A stretch of 64,000 bases of DNA, from assembly GCF_026210795.1 (NCBI RefSeq), contig NC_089429.1:2046001-2110000 (forward strand), given 5' to 3'. A program made the position numbers and the translations under genes. Of this stretch, positions 1 to 11,487 are shown one piece after another; position 1 is the stretch's first letter, and each line of letters opens with the position of its first letter. The stretch comes from Rhizophagus irregularis. Its lineage: Eukaryota. The notes below the pieces were generated by a model. It was not told the DNA's origin and searched no databases. It saw nothing but the letters and a program-made list of their open reading frames with translations.

Positions 1-101
1 GATCGCTTCCTGTCGATCTATTGACCAAAAATTTTCAGAAAGAAAATTTTATATCTTCGTACTAACAACTCTTATAATTTACCTAACTCATACCTTCTAA
101 C

Positions 102-2225
102 ATGTCTAGAAACCTTGCTAGAAGAGGTGGCGGCAGCTATAACCCTAATAGTAATAAGGCTGCTCATCAGGAAAAGAAAAATAACAAAAAACAACTCTCT
201 GACAACTCTGGCTCTGATAGTGATAGCACTACTCAAAAACGTTCCCGCATTATCACTGATAACACCATGGATGAAGATTTCGTTACCGACGTGCCGGCTG
301 ACGGTGGTTTAGTTGGTTCAACTTCGACCGCTATTCCTCAACAAAATAATTCCCGCAGCACCGCCCATGAAAATACTCAAGCTTCTACCCCGAATAATTC
401 TGCTGCGCCTACTGCGCCTGGCCAAGACGCGTCCTCTGGAGCTAACGCGTCTATTCATGCACCTCGAAACAAAGAAAATAACTCATCCCCTAACGCGTCC
501 CCTAATATGGACGTGAATGATGGTTCATCGCCCGATCAGGCTGTCGATCCCTCCCCAACTATTACCATTAATCGTCAAGATTATCTGGCTGCGGCTGCGC
601 CCAACTCTGCTCCCCAAACTCTTGAAAAACTTAAAACTAATAAGGCAATCATAGATGCCATTAACAACTTATTTTTAGAAACATACGAGTCGTATACCGG
701 TCGGGCTCGTATGACTGGTTCAGGGGACGCTAAGCGTCTTATCATTCACTTCCATACTGCGGAGGCTCGTGACATGTGTGTTGGTAGTACACACTCTGAA
801 TTTCCGGACCTACAATTCCACCTGTACGATCCCAAACAGCTCCGGTCAGATGAAGACCTCCGTGCAATTCAAGTAACAGATATCCCGTTCTTCATTACTA
901 AACCGCAACTCCAATCCTACTTCAAGAAATTCGGCAATCTCCTCGCTCTCCATCTTTACTCAAGGAAAGGTGCTAAAATGCAACAAGCTCGCATTGTCTA
1001 TGATCATGCCGATGCCATCTCCCGTTTCACAAATCAATGGGCAGTTTACTGCTTTTCTACCTGCTTACGTGTTACCCCTTGCCATTACTCTTTAGATCAA
1101 AAAGCTGCTCGAAGAGCATTTGTGGCTGTTCTTTCTGGACTTCCCGCTAATACTAAAGATATCCATTTCGCTCCTTTGGTCAAAGAACATGGAGCCAAAG
1201 CTATTAACATTCCCCTTTCCCTAAATTCTTATAAACCCAAACCTTGGGCTTATGTTACCTTCAACTCGCAAGAAACAATGGATGCCGCTATAGAGCAAAC
1301 TATTGGTTTCCAAGGTCGCACTCTTCGATGGGGAACATCCAATGATTCGAAAGCTCTTTGCCACCGATGTGGTAAACTCGGTTGTGCTCCTACCTCCTGT
1401 CCGCTTAATCAACGCCGTGGTCGTTCACGTACACGTGACCCCGTGGCTGCTCTTAAAGAACGTTTCAACATCGGCCAAAGACCCGCCCAACAAAGAACGC
1501 CGCGCAACAATTCTCGTTCTCGTTCTCATTCTAAATCTCGGGATCATTCTGCCTCTGCTCAACGTTCTAATTCCAACTCGAACCGCTCTAATAATAATAA
1601 TTATAGCCCTAACAATACTAAATCCTCTTCCTCTGGTCCAGTTAACTCCTCCTCAACTGCTCATGGACGCTCGCCTTCCAATAATCGGAAAGGCAAAGAT
1701 AGATCTGTTTCCTTTTCGTCCAATGCTCGTGCTCCACTCCCAGATCCGAATTCTCCTAATGCTCTTGAAGCTGCCCTTAAGATTCTTAATGTTTTAAAGA
1801 ATCTTCAACAAGATGTTGCTCGTGTGGAATCCCGCATTTCAAATCTTGAACTTAACAATCAACGGCTATCTGCTATTGAAGCCCATTTAGGCATCAATCC
1901 TCCCTCCGCTCCTGTCGTTAATTCTGAACCTGATCGAATGGAAGAAGACCCTCCTGAAAACACGGGCACCTTAATTCAACATCCCGATGCTCCTTCATCT
2001 TCTGGTCCAATGAAATCCTCTTCTCCTAAATCTCAACCCGACAAGACTATACACTCTGCTCCCACTTCCACCGCTAACCCTTCCCCGCAAGATGAATTGA
2101 ACTCAGTTATTCAAGATCAAAAAGCGATTAAAGACACCTTACAATCGCTCACTGGTTCCATCCAAGGTTTTATTGCTTCTCTTGGTGGTTCTCCCTCCGA
2201 TCGAGCTTCAGCTCCTTCGCAATAA
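102..2225 (+). CDS. LINE ORF1 protein (RRM-like domains, zinc knuckle, RS-rich region, coiled coil)
   Basis: IQVTDIP and WAYVTF RNP-like motifs, knuckle CHRCGKLGCAPTSC, directly upstream of APE-RT ORF. Confidence 0.85.
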   Translation: MSRNLARRGGGSYNPNSNKAAHQEKKNNKKQLSDNSGSDSDSTTQKRSRIITDNTMDEDFVTDVPADGGLVGSTSTAIPQQNNSRSTAHENTQASTPNNSAAPTAPGQDASSGANASIHAPRNKENNSSPNASPNMDVNDGSSPDQAVDPSPTITINRQDYLAAAAPNSAPQTLEKLKTNKAIIDAINNLFLETYESYTGRARMTGSGDAKRLIIHFHTAEARDMCVGSTHSEFPDLQFHLYDPKQLRSDEDLRAIQVTDIPFFITKPQLQSYFKKFGNLLALHLYSRKGAKMQQARIVYDHADAISRFTNQWAVYCFSTCLRVTPCHYSLDQKAARRAFVAVLSGLPANTKDIHFAPLVKEHGAKAINIPLSLNSYKPKPWAYVTFNSQETMDAAIEQTIGFQGRTLRWGTSNDSKALCHRCGKLGCAPTSCPLNQRRGRSRTRDPVAALKERFNIGQRPAQQRTPRNNSRSRSHSKSRDHSASAQRSNSNSNRSNNNNYSPNNTKSSSSGPVNSSSTAHGRSPSNNRKGKDRSVSFSSNARAPLPDPNSPNALEAALKILNVLKNLQQDVARVESRISNLELNNQRLSAIEAHLGINPPSAPVVNSEPDRMEEDPPENTGTLIQHPDAPSSSGPMKSSSPKSQPDKTIHSAPTSTANPSPQDELNSVIQDQKAIKDTLQSLTGSIQGFIASLGGSPSDRASAPSQ

Positions 2226-2272
2226 CTGACTTCTCACCTCCTTTCCCCGTACTTTATTATCATTGTGTTCTA

Positions 2273-5200
2273 ATGTCAGACAATTTTAATTATGATACAT
2301 TTGTTCGTAACCCACCCAACCCCGTAGATACTTATATTTTTTCAGAACATGAATCTCTATTTACTACTCCAAATTCTTCCCCTATCCCTAATTCTTTTAA
2401 TATTTCATCTTTTAATGTTAATGGTCTTCGCCATAATAGTCAAGTTAAAATTGAACAAATTTCAAATTTTTTCAACCTTAAAAATATTTCTTTTGGAGGT
2501 ATCGTAGATACCCATTTATCCCCTAAACAAATCCATTATTTATCCAAACGCCTTCCTAATTATACTGTCTTTTCATCTGATATAGATAAAACCAAACAAG
2601 TTAAATCTACTGGTGGCGTTTCCCTTTTCGTTGCAAAATCCCTTGCTTCCCATGTACAAGATTTTATTTCACATTCCTCACGTATTTTATCTGTTGATCT
2701 TTACTTTAAAGGCAACGTTAAATCGCGCATTTTTGTTATTTATATTCCCCCTGTTTCTGATTCCAAATTACGATCCGAAACTATTGACCTTCTTTTACAA
2801 TTATTAGTGCACACTAAACAACAAAATTTTTATCACGCCATTTGTGGCGATTTCAATATGCATTTAGACACCTACTATCCTATTTATTTTAACCGCCCTT
2901 CTGTTGCTTCCCGACGAACTTATTGTTTGCTACATCATCTTTTATCTCATGGATATGAAGAAACTATTCCTGTTAATGCTTCTGATTCCTTAGGCACCTT
3001 TCACCGTGACGATCAAGTTACTCGTATAGACTATGTTTGGTCTTGTCCAATGTTGAAAAGTTTCACTCTCACCTCCTATATATTTGATGCTCAAGACACC
3101 TGCTCTTCTGATCACAATCCCATCATCACTTATTTTGATGATTCACTCTTGTTTGCATCGATCAAGGTTGCTCGCGCTAAACAACTTCAACGTCGAACTC
3201 GCCGCATATTCATATTTGATTCAGTTACTGATCAACAATGGGAATCTTTCTCTACTCATACTGATTCTTTATGCGACATACCACCGTCAACCTTTTCAAC
3301 ATGGCATATTAATCAACAATGTGAATATTTACATTCTCGTATAGTGAAAGCTGCTAATGCTTCGCTTCCATCTGTCACAGTTAGTAATCAGCATACACCC
3401 ACGATGCCCAAGGATTTGGAAGCCTTAACTCAACATTATCGTTTCCTCAGCCGTCTTTTGCATTCGATTCGTTTATTGCGAAAATATCCTTCCACTTATT
3501 ATAATAGATATGAACATACTTGGTCCACTCATTTCATTAGACTTCAAAAAATCCTTCATCTTTATAAGAAGGTTATTCCTTCTCCCCCTATTTTGCCTGT
3601 TTCTTTATCCATTTGTAGGCAAGACGATTTTAAATTTCTATTAGAATCATTAAAGATTATTTCTAGTGCCCTTTATGGCCTCCTCCTTCTTAAAGAAAAA
3701 GATTTTCAAGATTCTTCCATTCGTGCTAAATTGGATGATAGGGATAACAATTTCGAAACTGATATCTCTTCATTTATTGATTCCGCTCTCTCAAGAACTC
3801 GACGTCGTATTACCTTGGATCGTGTCTTTATTGACCACCCTACACATCCAAAATTATTGACGGACCCACACGATATTGACGATGTTATTATCAACCACTT
3901 TCAGAATTCCGTACCTATAAAATCATCTCCCCCGGATAACATTTCAGCTCTCCCTAAAAGATGGTCCTCTGTTTATCGCCCTATGGACGATGTGGATTCT
4001 TCTATTTATAATTCTTTACTGGATCCTCCTACTCTAGAAGAATGGTTGTCTACGGTCTCTTCTATGCCTAATGACAAAGCCCCCGGTCCTTCTATGATTA
4101 CTTATGAGATGCTTAAGCATCTGGGTTCCAACACTTCGGCTTTGGTCTTAATTCTGGTCCAATCATGCTTCCATACTGCAGATATTCCTGATTTATGGCG
4201 TCAAGCTATGGTCTTTCCTATCCCCAAACCTCACGAATGGAAATGTCAACTCAAGAATACAAGACCTATTACTTTACTTGAAGTAATTAGGAAATCCTTG
4301 GTCAAACTTTTTTATAATCGTCTAGCTTCCATTTTAGCTTCGAATGAAGTTCTCAAAGGAGGAAACTTCGCCGGTCTTCCTGGTGGTTCTTGTCGCGACC
4401 CTATTGTCGTCCTGGAATCTATTATCCATGATGCTCATGTCAACAAATCGCCGCTTTGGATCCTTTCACAAGATATTTCGAAGGCTTTCGACTCGGTTGA
4501 TCTCAAGATGTTGCATTTTGCCTTAGAACGCATCAAACTTTCTGCTTCTGTTATCAAATTTATCTTATCCCTTTTCATAAAACGCTCAAATCGCGTTTTC
4601 ACTGCTCATGGAACTACTCCTTCTTACCGTGTTCGCATTGGTATAGATCAAGGCGAAGTTATCTCTCCTTTACTTTGGGTTATATATATAGACCCTTTAT
4701 TGACTGTTCTTAAAAATGAAATGATGGATCCATATATACTTCATGCTCCTTCTTTATCTAATCCCTTGGCTGAGACAAGTCCCGATGGATTACGCATCAA
4801 CAACTTGGTCTTTATGGACGATTCCACTTTAATCTCGTCATCCAAATCTGAAATGGAATCGATGCTTTCTATTACGGAAGAATTTTATCAGATCAATAAT
4901 ACTTCCGCTAATCACAACAAATATGTTTTAATTACTAATTTGTTGCCTCCCACTTCAGCTCCTTCGCCTTCTCCAGTCGTGTTTGACTTGCAATTATCTG
5001 GACTGAACAAAGTTCCTTCCATTTCTATTGTGCCTATTTCCATGAATAGTTCTTTCCGCTTCCTGGGCGTCTGGTTCAATGTCGCTGGATCTCGTGATTT
5101 TGTCAGAAAGCAAGTCGCTCGAGAATGTAACTCTTTCGCTGCTACCGTTCGTCCTGCCAAATTATCTGCTAAACAAGTAGTTTATTTACACAACACTGTC

Positions 5201-7893
5201 CTTATTCCGAAATTGGAATATCGCATGCAAGTCACACACCTCTCTGAATCTGAATGTGCCTCGGCAACCAGCAGTATCCGTTCCTTGGTTAAACATAAGG
5301 CCAATTTTTCACGTGTACTCCCAGATTCTATTTTGTTTTTATCTCAAGGCTTGGGATTGATTAATTTATTTTTTCACCAATCACAAACACATTTAACTAA
5401 TTTGTTTTTATTAGCTAATTCTTCTTCTTTTTTTATGAAAAATTTATTTTTATATAGATTACATTTAATTCAATTTTCTTTTTTGATTCCCATTTCTCCA
5501 TTGTTAGTTAAAGATTGGACTTTATGGTCTAAACTTTTTGCTTTTGAACAGGATTATATCGCTTGCACTATTGCTCTCCTGACCACCACTCCTTTCACGT
5601 TGTCACGTTCTCGATTTTCAACCTCATCTGACCTCACCTTACCTGATGGTCACACGCCTTTATTTGAAGTGATGACTCCAAAAATTTTTATATCTTACTT
5701 CCGACGTCTAAGAAGTTTGCAACTTTATTACCTATCTCAATTCATCACGCCTCAAGGAACCCATATGATCACTTGGAATGTTTATTTATCCAATCTATCA
5801 AGTAGGAAAGGCCATCGAGTTCTCCCGCATAAATGGTTCAATGACATCCACCAATGCGTCACTGTTCCAAATTCCAATTCTCTGCTCTTGGATCAATTTT
5901 CTTCTGAAGCTATCCCTTCAAACATTGATTTGGCTCCAGCCTTTGGTTCCTCTAGAAAATCCATGAAATGGATCGTGACTTTAAATGAAGATGGCTCTCC
6001 TCTTTTTGGAAAACAACTTAGCAAACAACAATATTCCTGCAAGATTGTCCATTGGACCTCTGATTGTGTGACTCGACCTAATGATGTTATCACGCTTACT
6101 CCTTGTCCCGGTTGTTCTAAACATGTACCGGTTACCCATACTAAAAGCAACCCAACAGATGTTACTCCTCTATGTATCATCCCAAAACTTTCTCCTCTTA
6201 GATCTTTACTTCTCCCAACTACGCAGGAGCGTATTAGACATGACACCACCACTATTACTTCTCCTTTTACTTGGGCGGACCTTGACGAGGTTGTAAGATC
6301 CTATTATGGTCGCTTGGACATTCTACCTAATTTTTCACAAGAAAATGTGGTTATTCTCCCTTCTCCTTCTCCTTCTCCCTCCTTGGGCTCAACTGCCTCT
6401 CTTGCTTTTGCTGCTTCACCGTTAGCGACTCCTCCTGATAACCATTATTGTTTTTACACTGATGGTTCTTTAATTAACCTTGGCACTCCTGATGTTTCTA
6501 TGGGTTGGTCTTGGGTACAAGTTCTTGATGGCGCTGGTTTTTTCCAATCTATCGCTGCTCACGCTCATGGAATTATTCACAATTGGCCTTCTTCTACAAG
6601 AGCTGAAATCGCCGCTATACATGCTGCTCTTACTGTCACTCCTCTCTCTTCAACGGTCACTATTCATACTGACTCTCAATCTGCCATAGATGGTCTTCGT
6701 CTATGTGCTACTTTTTCTTATTCCAATAGTAGGCTTTATTACAAGACCACCAATTTTGAACTCTGGGCTATTATTGAACGTCTCATTTCCTCCAAATCTT
6801 TATCCGTCATGGCTGTTAAAGTGAAAGTCACTCTGGTAATTTTTATAATGATTACGCGGACTCTCTGGCCAACTCTGCGCATACTTCTTCTTTAGCAATT
6901 CTTCTTTCTGATCTGGATCAAGTATCTCCTCACGATTTCTTATTAAAATATGATGATATTTTATGCGAATCCAACCCACGACGCCTATTTAAGCAATATT
7001 CGCAAATGCTGTGGATGCATAGATTAACGCGTTTATCGCGTTTTAACTTTACCATTGCTTTATCCTCTGTCTCAGGTTTCGTGATTGATTGGGATCTTAC
7101 CTGGTTCTCGCTAAATTCTGAACCTCAGCATGATGCTTCATTTACTCGTGCTCATGCTTCCTTTCATCGCACCTTCAAATTCAAACTCTTTTTGGAAGAT
7201 TTGCCTACCTTGGAACATCTTAAAAGAATTTGCCCGGACTTGTATATTGACATCTTATTGTGTCGTTCGTGCCTCGACTCCAAGGAAGATTTCATGCACT
7301 TGTTTATGTGCAAATGTAGACGAATCGCTATGGAACAGATTCTCCTCTCCTACCAACATCACTTTATCAATAAACTTCAAGAAGCTGGTGATCTCGTTAA
7401 GAAAGATCTTTCTTTAATTATTAACAAATTTAAATCTCTTCCTTGTTGGTCCTTTTCTTCTTCAAATTGGACTTCATATAGCCTTGTCCGTGGCTGCCTT
7501 CCGAAATCCTTTGTTGAATTTTTTGAAGAACTTTCTATTCCACGTAACTCTGCGATGAAGGTTATCTCTGCTATCCACAATCACTTTATCCAAAAGATTA
7601 GAAAACGAATTTGGCTACCGCGCTCCTATGATAAATCTAAATGGGAAGACGTGATGAATATTACTCATAAACTCAAACTTTCTCGGCCTTCAAATTTGCC
7701 AAAGTCCACGTACTTACCTTTCTCAACTTTACCTCCTCCGACCCTTTCCGACGCCGCACGTGACTCCGACGTTGATTATTTAAAGAACTCGATGAAATAT
7801 GGTTTGCGTTGGTTTAATCACTATTCAGGTTTTATGGGTCGTCTAACGGTGCAACTTACTAACAGCTTTAGCAGGATGGTGTGTCGATTTTAA
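2273..7893 (+). pseudogene. LINE ORF2 (APE endonuclease, reverse transcriptase, RNase H, C-terminal Cys/His motif) with one frameshift near 6827
   Basis: APE SFNVNGL/GDFN/RIDY/SDH; RT KAPGP, QDISKAFDSV, GIDQGEVISP, FMDD, FLG; RNase H YTDGS, STRAE, HTDSQ; CRSC..EDFMHLFMC. One G missing vs copy 2 (GTGAAAGTCAC vs GTGAAAGGTCAC), joining ORFs 2273-6895 and 7006-7893. Confidence 0.93.
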
Positions 7894-8245
7894 CAATGGG
7901 CGCATTGTTCGTTGGTTTGTTTGCATAGTTGCCTCTTCTTAGGTTGAAATATATTTAGGCGGGGGATCAGGATAGTTTTAGTGTTATGCGATTTTTTCCT
8001 TTTTGAATTAATTTTATAGCTTTATTACTATTTTGGAGACTATATAGTTTTGTTTTTAGTTAATTTTATTCTTCTTTTTTGTACTTTGAAAATTTTATTT
8101 TATTTTTGTAAGTTCGATAAATAAATTTAATAAAGATAAAGGCTACTATGCCATGTTTGCCTTGACAAGGACTGATGACGATGTCACTTGGTTATTGTAA
8201 ATTGAAGATAACAATTAGGTATGTAGACACGTACAGAAAAAAGAC

Positions 8246-8830
8246 ATGTCATACCCTTATATAACTAATCCTATAACCGGACGTCCAATCCGTGTTGGTG
8301 GAGATACCTTTAATCGAATAGTTATGGAATCCCATGATTATATCAATGGAAGGCTTATCCATAGACAAACCGCACTGCCTCCACCCCAGGAACAACCTGT
8401 ATATTTAAATACAGATACAGGACGCTATATTCAACACGGTACTAGAACGTATCATAGACTGGTTGAGAGTGACTACGAGGTAGTCGAGGACTACTACCTT
8501 GTTCATTCTGAAGAGGAGGAGCTTATAGAGGAAATCATCAATGAAACACGCTATAATGAGGAAAATCTTGATGGCCAGCGGTTAACTTTCAATGATATAC
8601 AACAAATCAGGGCCGCTATTCAGGCTGACCAAGATGAATATGATGATTTTATCTTACAGCAGGATACGACTAATGGGACACCTTCCTCCGGTCCTTCCGG
8701 TCGTCCACGAACTTTGGAGGACCATGCCCCGAGACTTGCAGAGCTTAATATTGAGTTGTGTAGAGAATGTCTCATGCCTGTAAGCCCGAGTGACTTAACG
8801 GACAAGTTGTGCAAGGACTGCGCTTCCTAA
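8246..8830 (+). CDS. Element protein with two NPxTGRxI-type repeats and C-terminal CxxC..CxxC motif
   Basis: YITNPITGRPIRVGGDTFNRI and YLNTDTGRYIQHGTRTYHRL; CRECLMP..LCKDC; ORF conserved at 31794-32378. Confidence 0.75.
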   Translation: MSYPYITNPITGRPIRVGGDTFNRIVMESHDYINGRLIHRQTALPPPQEQPVYLNTDTGRYIQHGTRTYHRLVESDYEVVEDYYLVHSEEEELIEEIINETRYNEENLDGQRLTFNDIQQIRAAIQADQDEYDDFILQQDTTNGTPSSGPSGRPRTLEDHAPRLAELNIELCRECLMPVSPSDLTDKLCKDCAS

Positions 8831-8983
8831 TGGTCAGTCCTCCGGTCTTCCGGTCTTTCCAACGGTTGATCCCTTAATGCCAGTTATTTTTTTTTTCTAC
8901 AAATGACAGGTATTTAAAGATAACAATATATAAAAAAGATTGTGAACGATACTAAGTGAGCGAATAATCAAAGAAAGATAGCC

Positions 8984-9544
8984 ATGTCAACATCAATCGT
9001 AATAAACCAGTGTCAGAACTGTGGAGTATTCTCTGCAAAAGCGGTATATAGAGGATTATCCAGCGTGTTGTATAGACAGATTATAAAGAAGATTGGCGAC
9101 GAGAGTGAACCTTTACAAGCCTTGGGACTTGCCAGGGATAAGTTGGTCCAGATTATTCGTCGGGCAAGTAATGCGGATTTTACACAATTATTCACACAAA
9201 GACTTGATATGAAAATTATGGACGGAGATTCATACGAGAATACTAGGAAGTGGCTTCTTGAACAGCTTATAGCCATTGGATGTGACAGTGGGGAAATTGC
9301 CTTATATCAGTTCTTACAGAATACATACCCAGATGGTATTGACGAACCCTTTACTACATTCTATGAGAACTATGTAAGTCATGTAAGAAATCCGATGACT
9401 AAGAACTTTGCTTCTCGAGCTTTAGGAGCTATTGGGTTAAAAGCTAGGATGCTACGGATTGACTTCGAAGGACGTAAAAAAAGCGCCATGATTCTTAGGG
9501 CTTCTGAGGAAGAACTTCACGAGATTCTTACAAAATACTATTGA
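8984..9544 (+). CDS. Element protein with C-terminal winged-helix-like domain paralogous to the helicase C-terminus
   Basis: LYQFLQNTY..FYENY..PMTKNFASRAL aligns with helicase LFQFIKDTY..FYRVY..PLSKINASRIL; conserved at 32547-33107. Confidence 0.7.
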   Translation: MSTSIVINQCQNCGVFSAKAVYRGLSSVLYRQIIKKIGDESEPLQALGLARDKLVQIIRRASNADFTQLFTQRLDMKIMDGDSYENTRKWLLEQLIAIGCDSGEIALYQFLQNTYPDGIDEPFTTFYENYVSHVRNPMTKNFASRALGAIGLKARMLRIDFEGRKKSAMILRASEEELHEILTKYY

Positions 9545-10751
9545 TCCCTACTCGTAATGCTCGACGGTCCATATGACCCTTAGAAAAGATCTGTAAAAGG
9601 ACCCCGATGCCTTCTATTAATTTTTTATTATCCAAAGGGTAACTAGACTTCAGGACTTCATATCGGGAGAATAACTCCTTTACGGTCTCAGGTTTTGGAA
9701 TTTCAGCCTTTGTGGTCCTATCCCGTACTTTTGCTAAGAAGTTTTGGAAGTCTGATCCCAGGGTCTTACCAGATAGTCTGTAGGCTTCCCGAAAGACGTA
9801 CTTAATCCAGGTATCTGTGTCCTTAGCTATAACACCGGATACGAGGAGGTGTTTTCTCTCTTTAGGTGATGGATATTCCCGAGCAAACTCGATTAGCTGG
9901 GAGGACTTTTTTGCTTCAGCTACGGCTTTCTGGCCATAGGGACTAAACTTCGATCGAACTGGGTTCAAACTCGGATCGAACGGGGATCGAACTGGGTTCA
10001 AACTTGGATCAAACAGGGATTGAACTGGGTTCAAACTCGGATCGAACGGGGATTGACCAGTGATTGAACTGAGACTAGTATCCCATCTAACCCGAATAGA
10101 TAATGGATCGCTCTTGGATCTTCTAAGATCAAATACTATAAATTCGCGTTGTAGAGTAAGGTCATCGATTACTGGAGCTAGTGACTCCGATTCTTCTGTA
10201 TACTGGCGGATGATCCTCTTAGTATCGGTCAAACTTCCGTGACCTCCATGTAGGGAAATATAATTCACATTTTCACGAATAGCCTTGGGAATGGTAAAGA
10301 ATCTTTGGGCCACATAGATACATGAAATATTTTTGTGTCGTCCGTGTGTAAAAAATCCAGTGATGAGATCCTGGGTTTTTTTAGGCGCATCCATCAAATC
10401 CTCGAAGATTACCACAGTAGCCTGGGTGGAGTTGAAGTCCTTAACATTTGGAATCTCACTATGGGATACTGCGGTAAACGGAATTTCTTCTTCTTTGAAA
10501 AATTCACGTACAACTGCCCACTTTGGTTCATCGAGGTATCTGCCAACTAGAATTACTGCATCACATAATATGTACCTTTCGCCATCCTCCTTTGCCTTCT
10601 TGTCTCCCATTAACAAATTAATGATCATAGTTGTCTTACCCGAGTCAGAACTTCCTGCTACGGCAAGACGGAAAGGCCATGATGGGGCAAACTCATTACC
10701 CTGTCTCGAGTCGGTTGTGTACTCATCCAAATTGTATACATAAAGATCCAT
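9528..10751 (-). CDS. A32-like (FtsK/HerA) genome packaging ATPase
   Basis: Walker A AGSSDSGKTT, Walker B VVIFEDL, A32-type GRHKNIS..VAQ and IPKAIRENVNY motifs. Confidence 0.88.
   Translation of the reverse strand: MDLYVYNLDEYTTDSRQGNEFAPSWPFRLAVAGSSDSGKTTMIINLLMGDKKAKEDGERYILCDAVILVGRYLDEPKWAVVREFFKEEEIPFTAVSHSEIPNVKDFNSTQATVVIFEDLMDAPKKTQDLITGFFTHGRHKNISCIYVAQRFFTIPKAIRENVNYISLHGGHGSLTDTKRIIRQYTEESESLAPVIDDLTLQREFIVFDLRRSKSDPLSIRVRWDTSLSSITGQSPFDPSLNPVQSLFDPSLNPVRSPFDPSLNPVRSKFSPYGQKAVAEAKKSSQLIEFAREYPSPKERKHLLVSGVIAKDTDTWIKYVFREAYRLSGKTLGSDFQNFLAKVRDRTTKAEIPKPETVKELFSRYEVLKSSYPLDNKKLIEGIGVLLQIFSKGHMDRRALRVGINSIL
9950..10056 (-). repeat. 33-bp coding tandem repeat (SPFDPSLNPVR) inside the ATPase
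   Basis: Three units of GATCGAACTGGGTTCAAACTCGGATCGAACGGG-like sequence; equivalent array at about 33513-33620. Confidence 0.85.
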
Positions 10752-10782
10752 TTGAATTTTATTCTAACTTAGTTTAAATACG

Positions 10783-11487
10783 ATGTCGACACCAATTGCA
10801 ATTTATACTCCTTCAGAGCCTACTGGACCGCCTCCTAGGGATTTGCGTGATATGAATAATATACCATTAGTTGCGGTAATTAAGGATCTAACAGATTTTT
10901 TAACTGTTAGTGATCGCATGGTTGTTAATCGAGATGTACAAAATGCAAACCATCGTCTTAAACATGCTCTTAATTTATTAATTCATCGCTGTAGAGAAAC
11001 ATACGAAGAACGCGATATATTAAAAGCAGAACGCGATCGATCTCGAAAAGAACGCGATGAATTACAAGATGAACTCGAGGTTCAAACAGGTTTGTTAGGT
11101 CTTACACAAGATGAGCTAAATATCGTACAAGATACTATTACTGGTTTGGAAGCTAATTTGGCTGAATTGGAACGTGAGTTTGGTGGTATGTGGATGACTA
11201 ATCGTCGTCTTCAGCAGCAATATAATCTTATGAGAGGAGAACGTAATAGAGCTATAGGTGAACGTAATAGAGCTATAGGCGAGCATGATGCGACACGAAA
11301 TCGGCTTGTATATGCCAATAATCGGGTTCTTTTTGGAATTCGGACATTGGGACGTCTTAGGAATCGACTTTTCCAACAAATAGCCGCTCTGCGTATCCAA
11401 GTACAATGGTTTCGGATTAGACAATTGAACCCTCCTCCACCTCCTCTCAACCATCCACAAAATACGATATGGCTGCCATTGGTATAG
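10783..11487 (+). CDS. Coiled-coil protein, overlapping the Gag start
   Basis: Long heptad-rich helix incl. ERNRAIG repeats; 234 aa in both copies (34346-35050). Confidence 0.75.
   Translation: MSTPIAIYTPSEPTGPPPRDLRDMNNIPLVAVIKDLTDFLTVSDRMVVNRDVQNANHRLKHALNLLIHRCRETYEERDILKAERDRSRKERDELQDELEVQTGLLGLTQDELNIVQDTITGLEANLAELEREFGGMWMTNRRLQQQYNLMRGERNRAIGERNRAIGEHDATRNRLVYANNRVLFGIRTLGRLRNRLFQQIAALRIQVQWFRIRQLNPPPPPLNHPQNTIWLPLV

Larger units (their letters stand above)
15..8161 (+). mobile_element. Non-LTR retrotransposon (LINE; ORF1 + APE-RT-RNase H ORF2), copy 1, nested in element copy A; 5' end may extend beyond window
   Basis: Two-ORF layout, T-rich 3' UTR with AATAAA, followed by TTGACAAGGACTGAT (8162-8176); similarity to copy 2 starts at GATCTATT (15 vs 23567). 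Confidence 0.93.

Noticed and set aside
11421..11487. Programmed frameshift from coiled-coil ORF into Gag
   Set aside because: No canonical slippery heptamer in the overlap; Gag has its own ATG and upstream motif.
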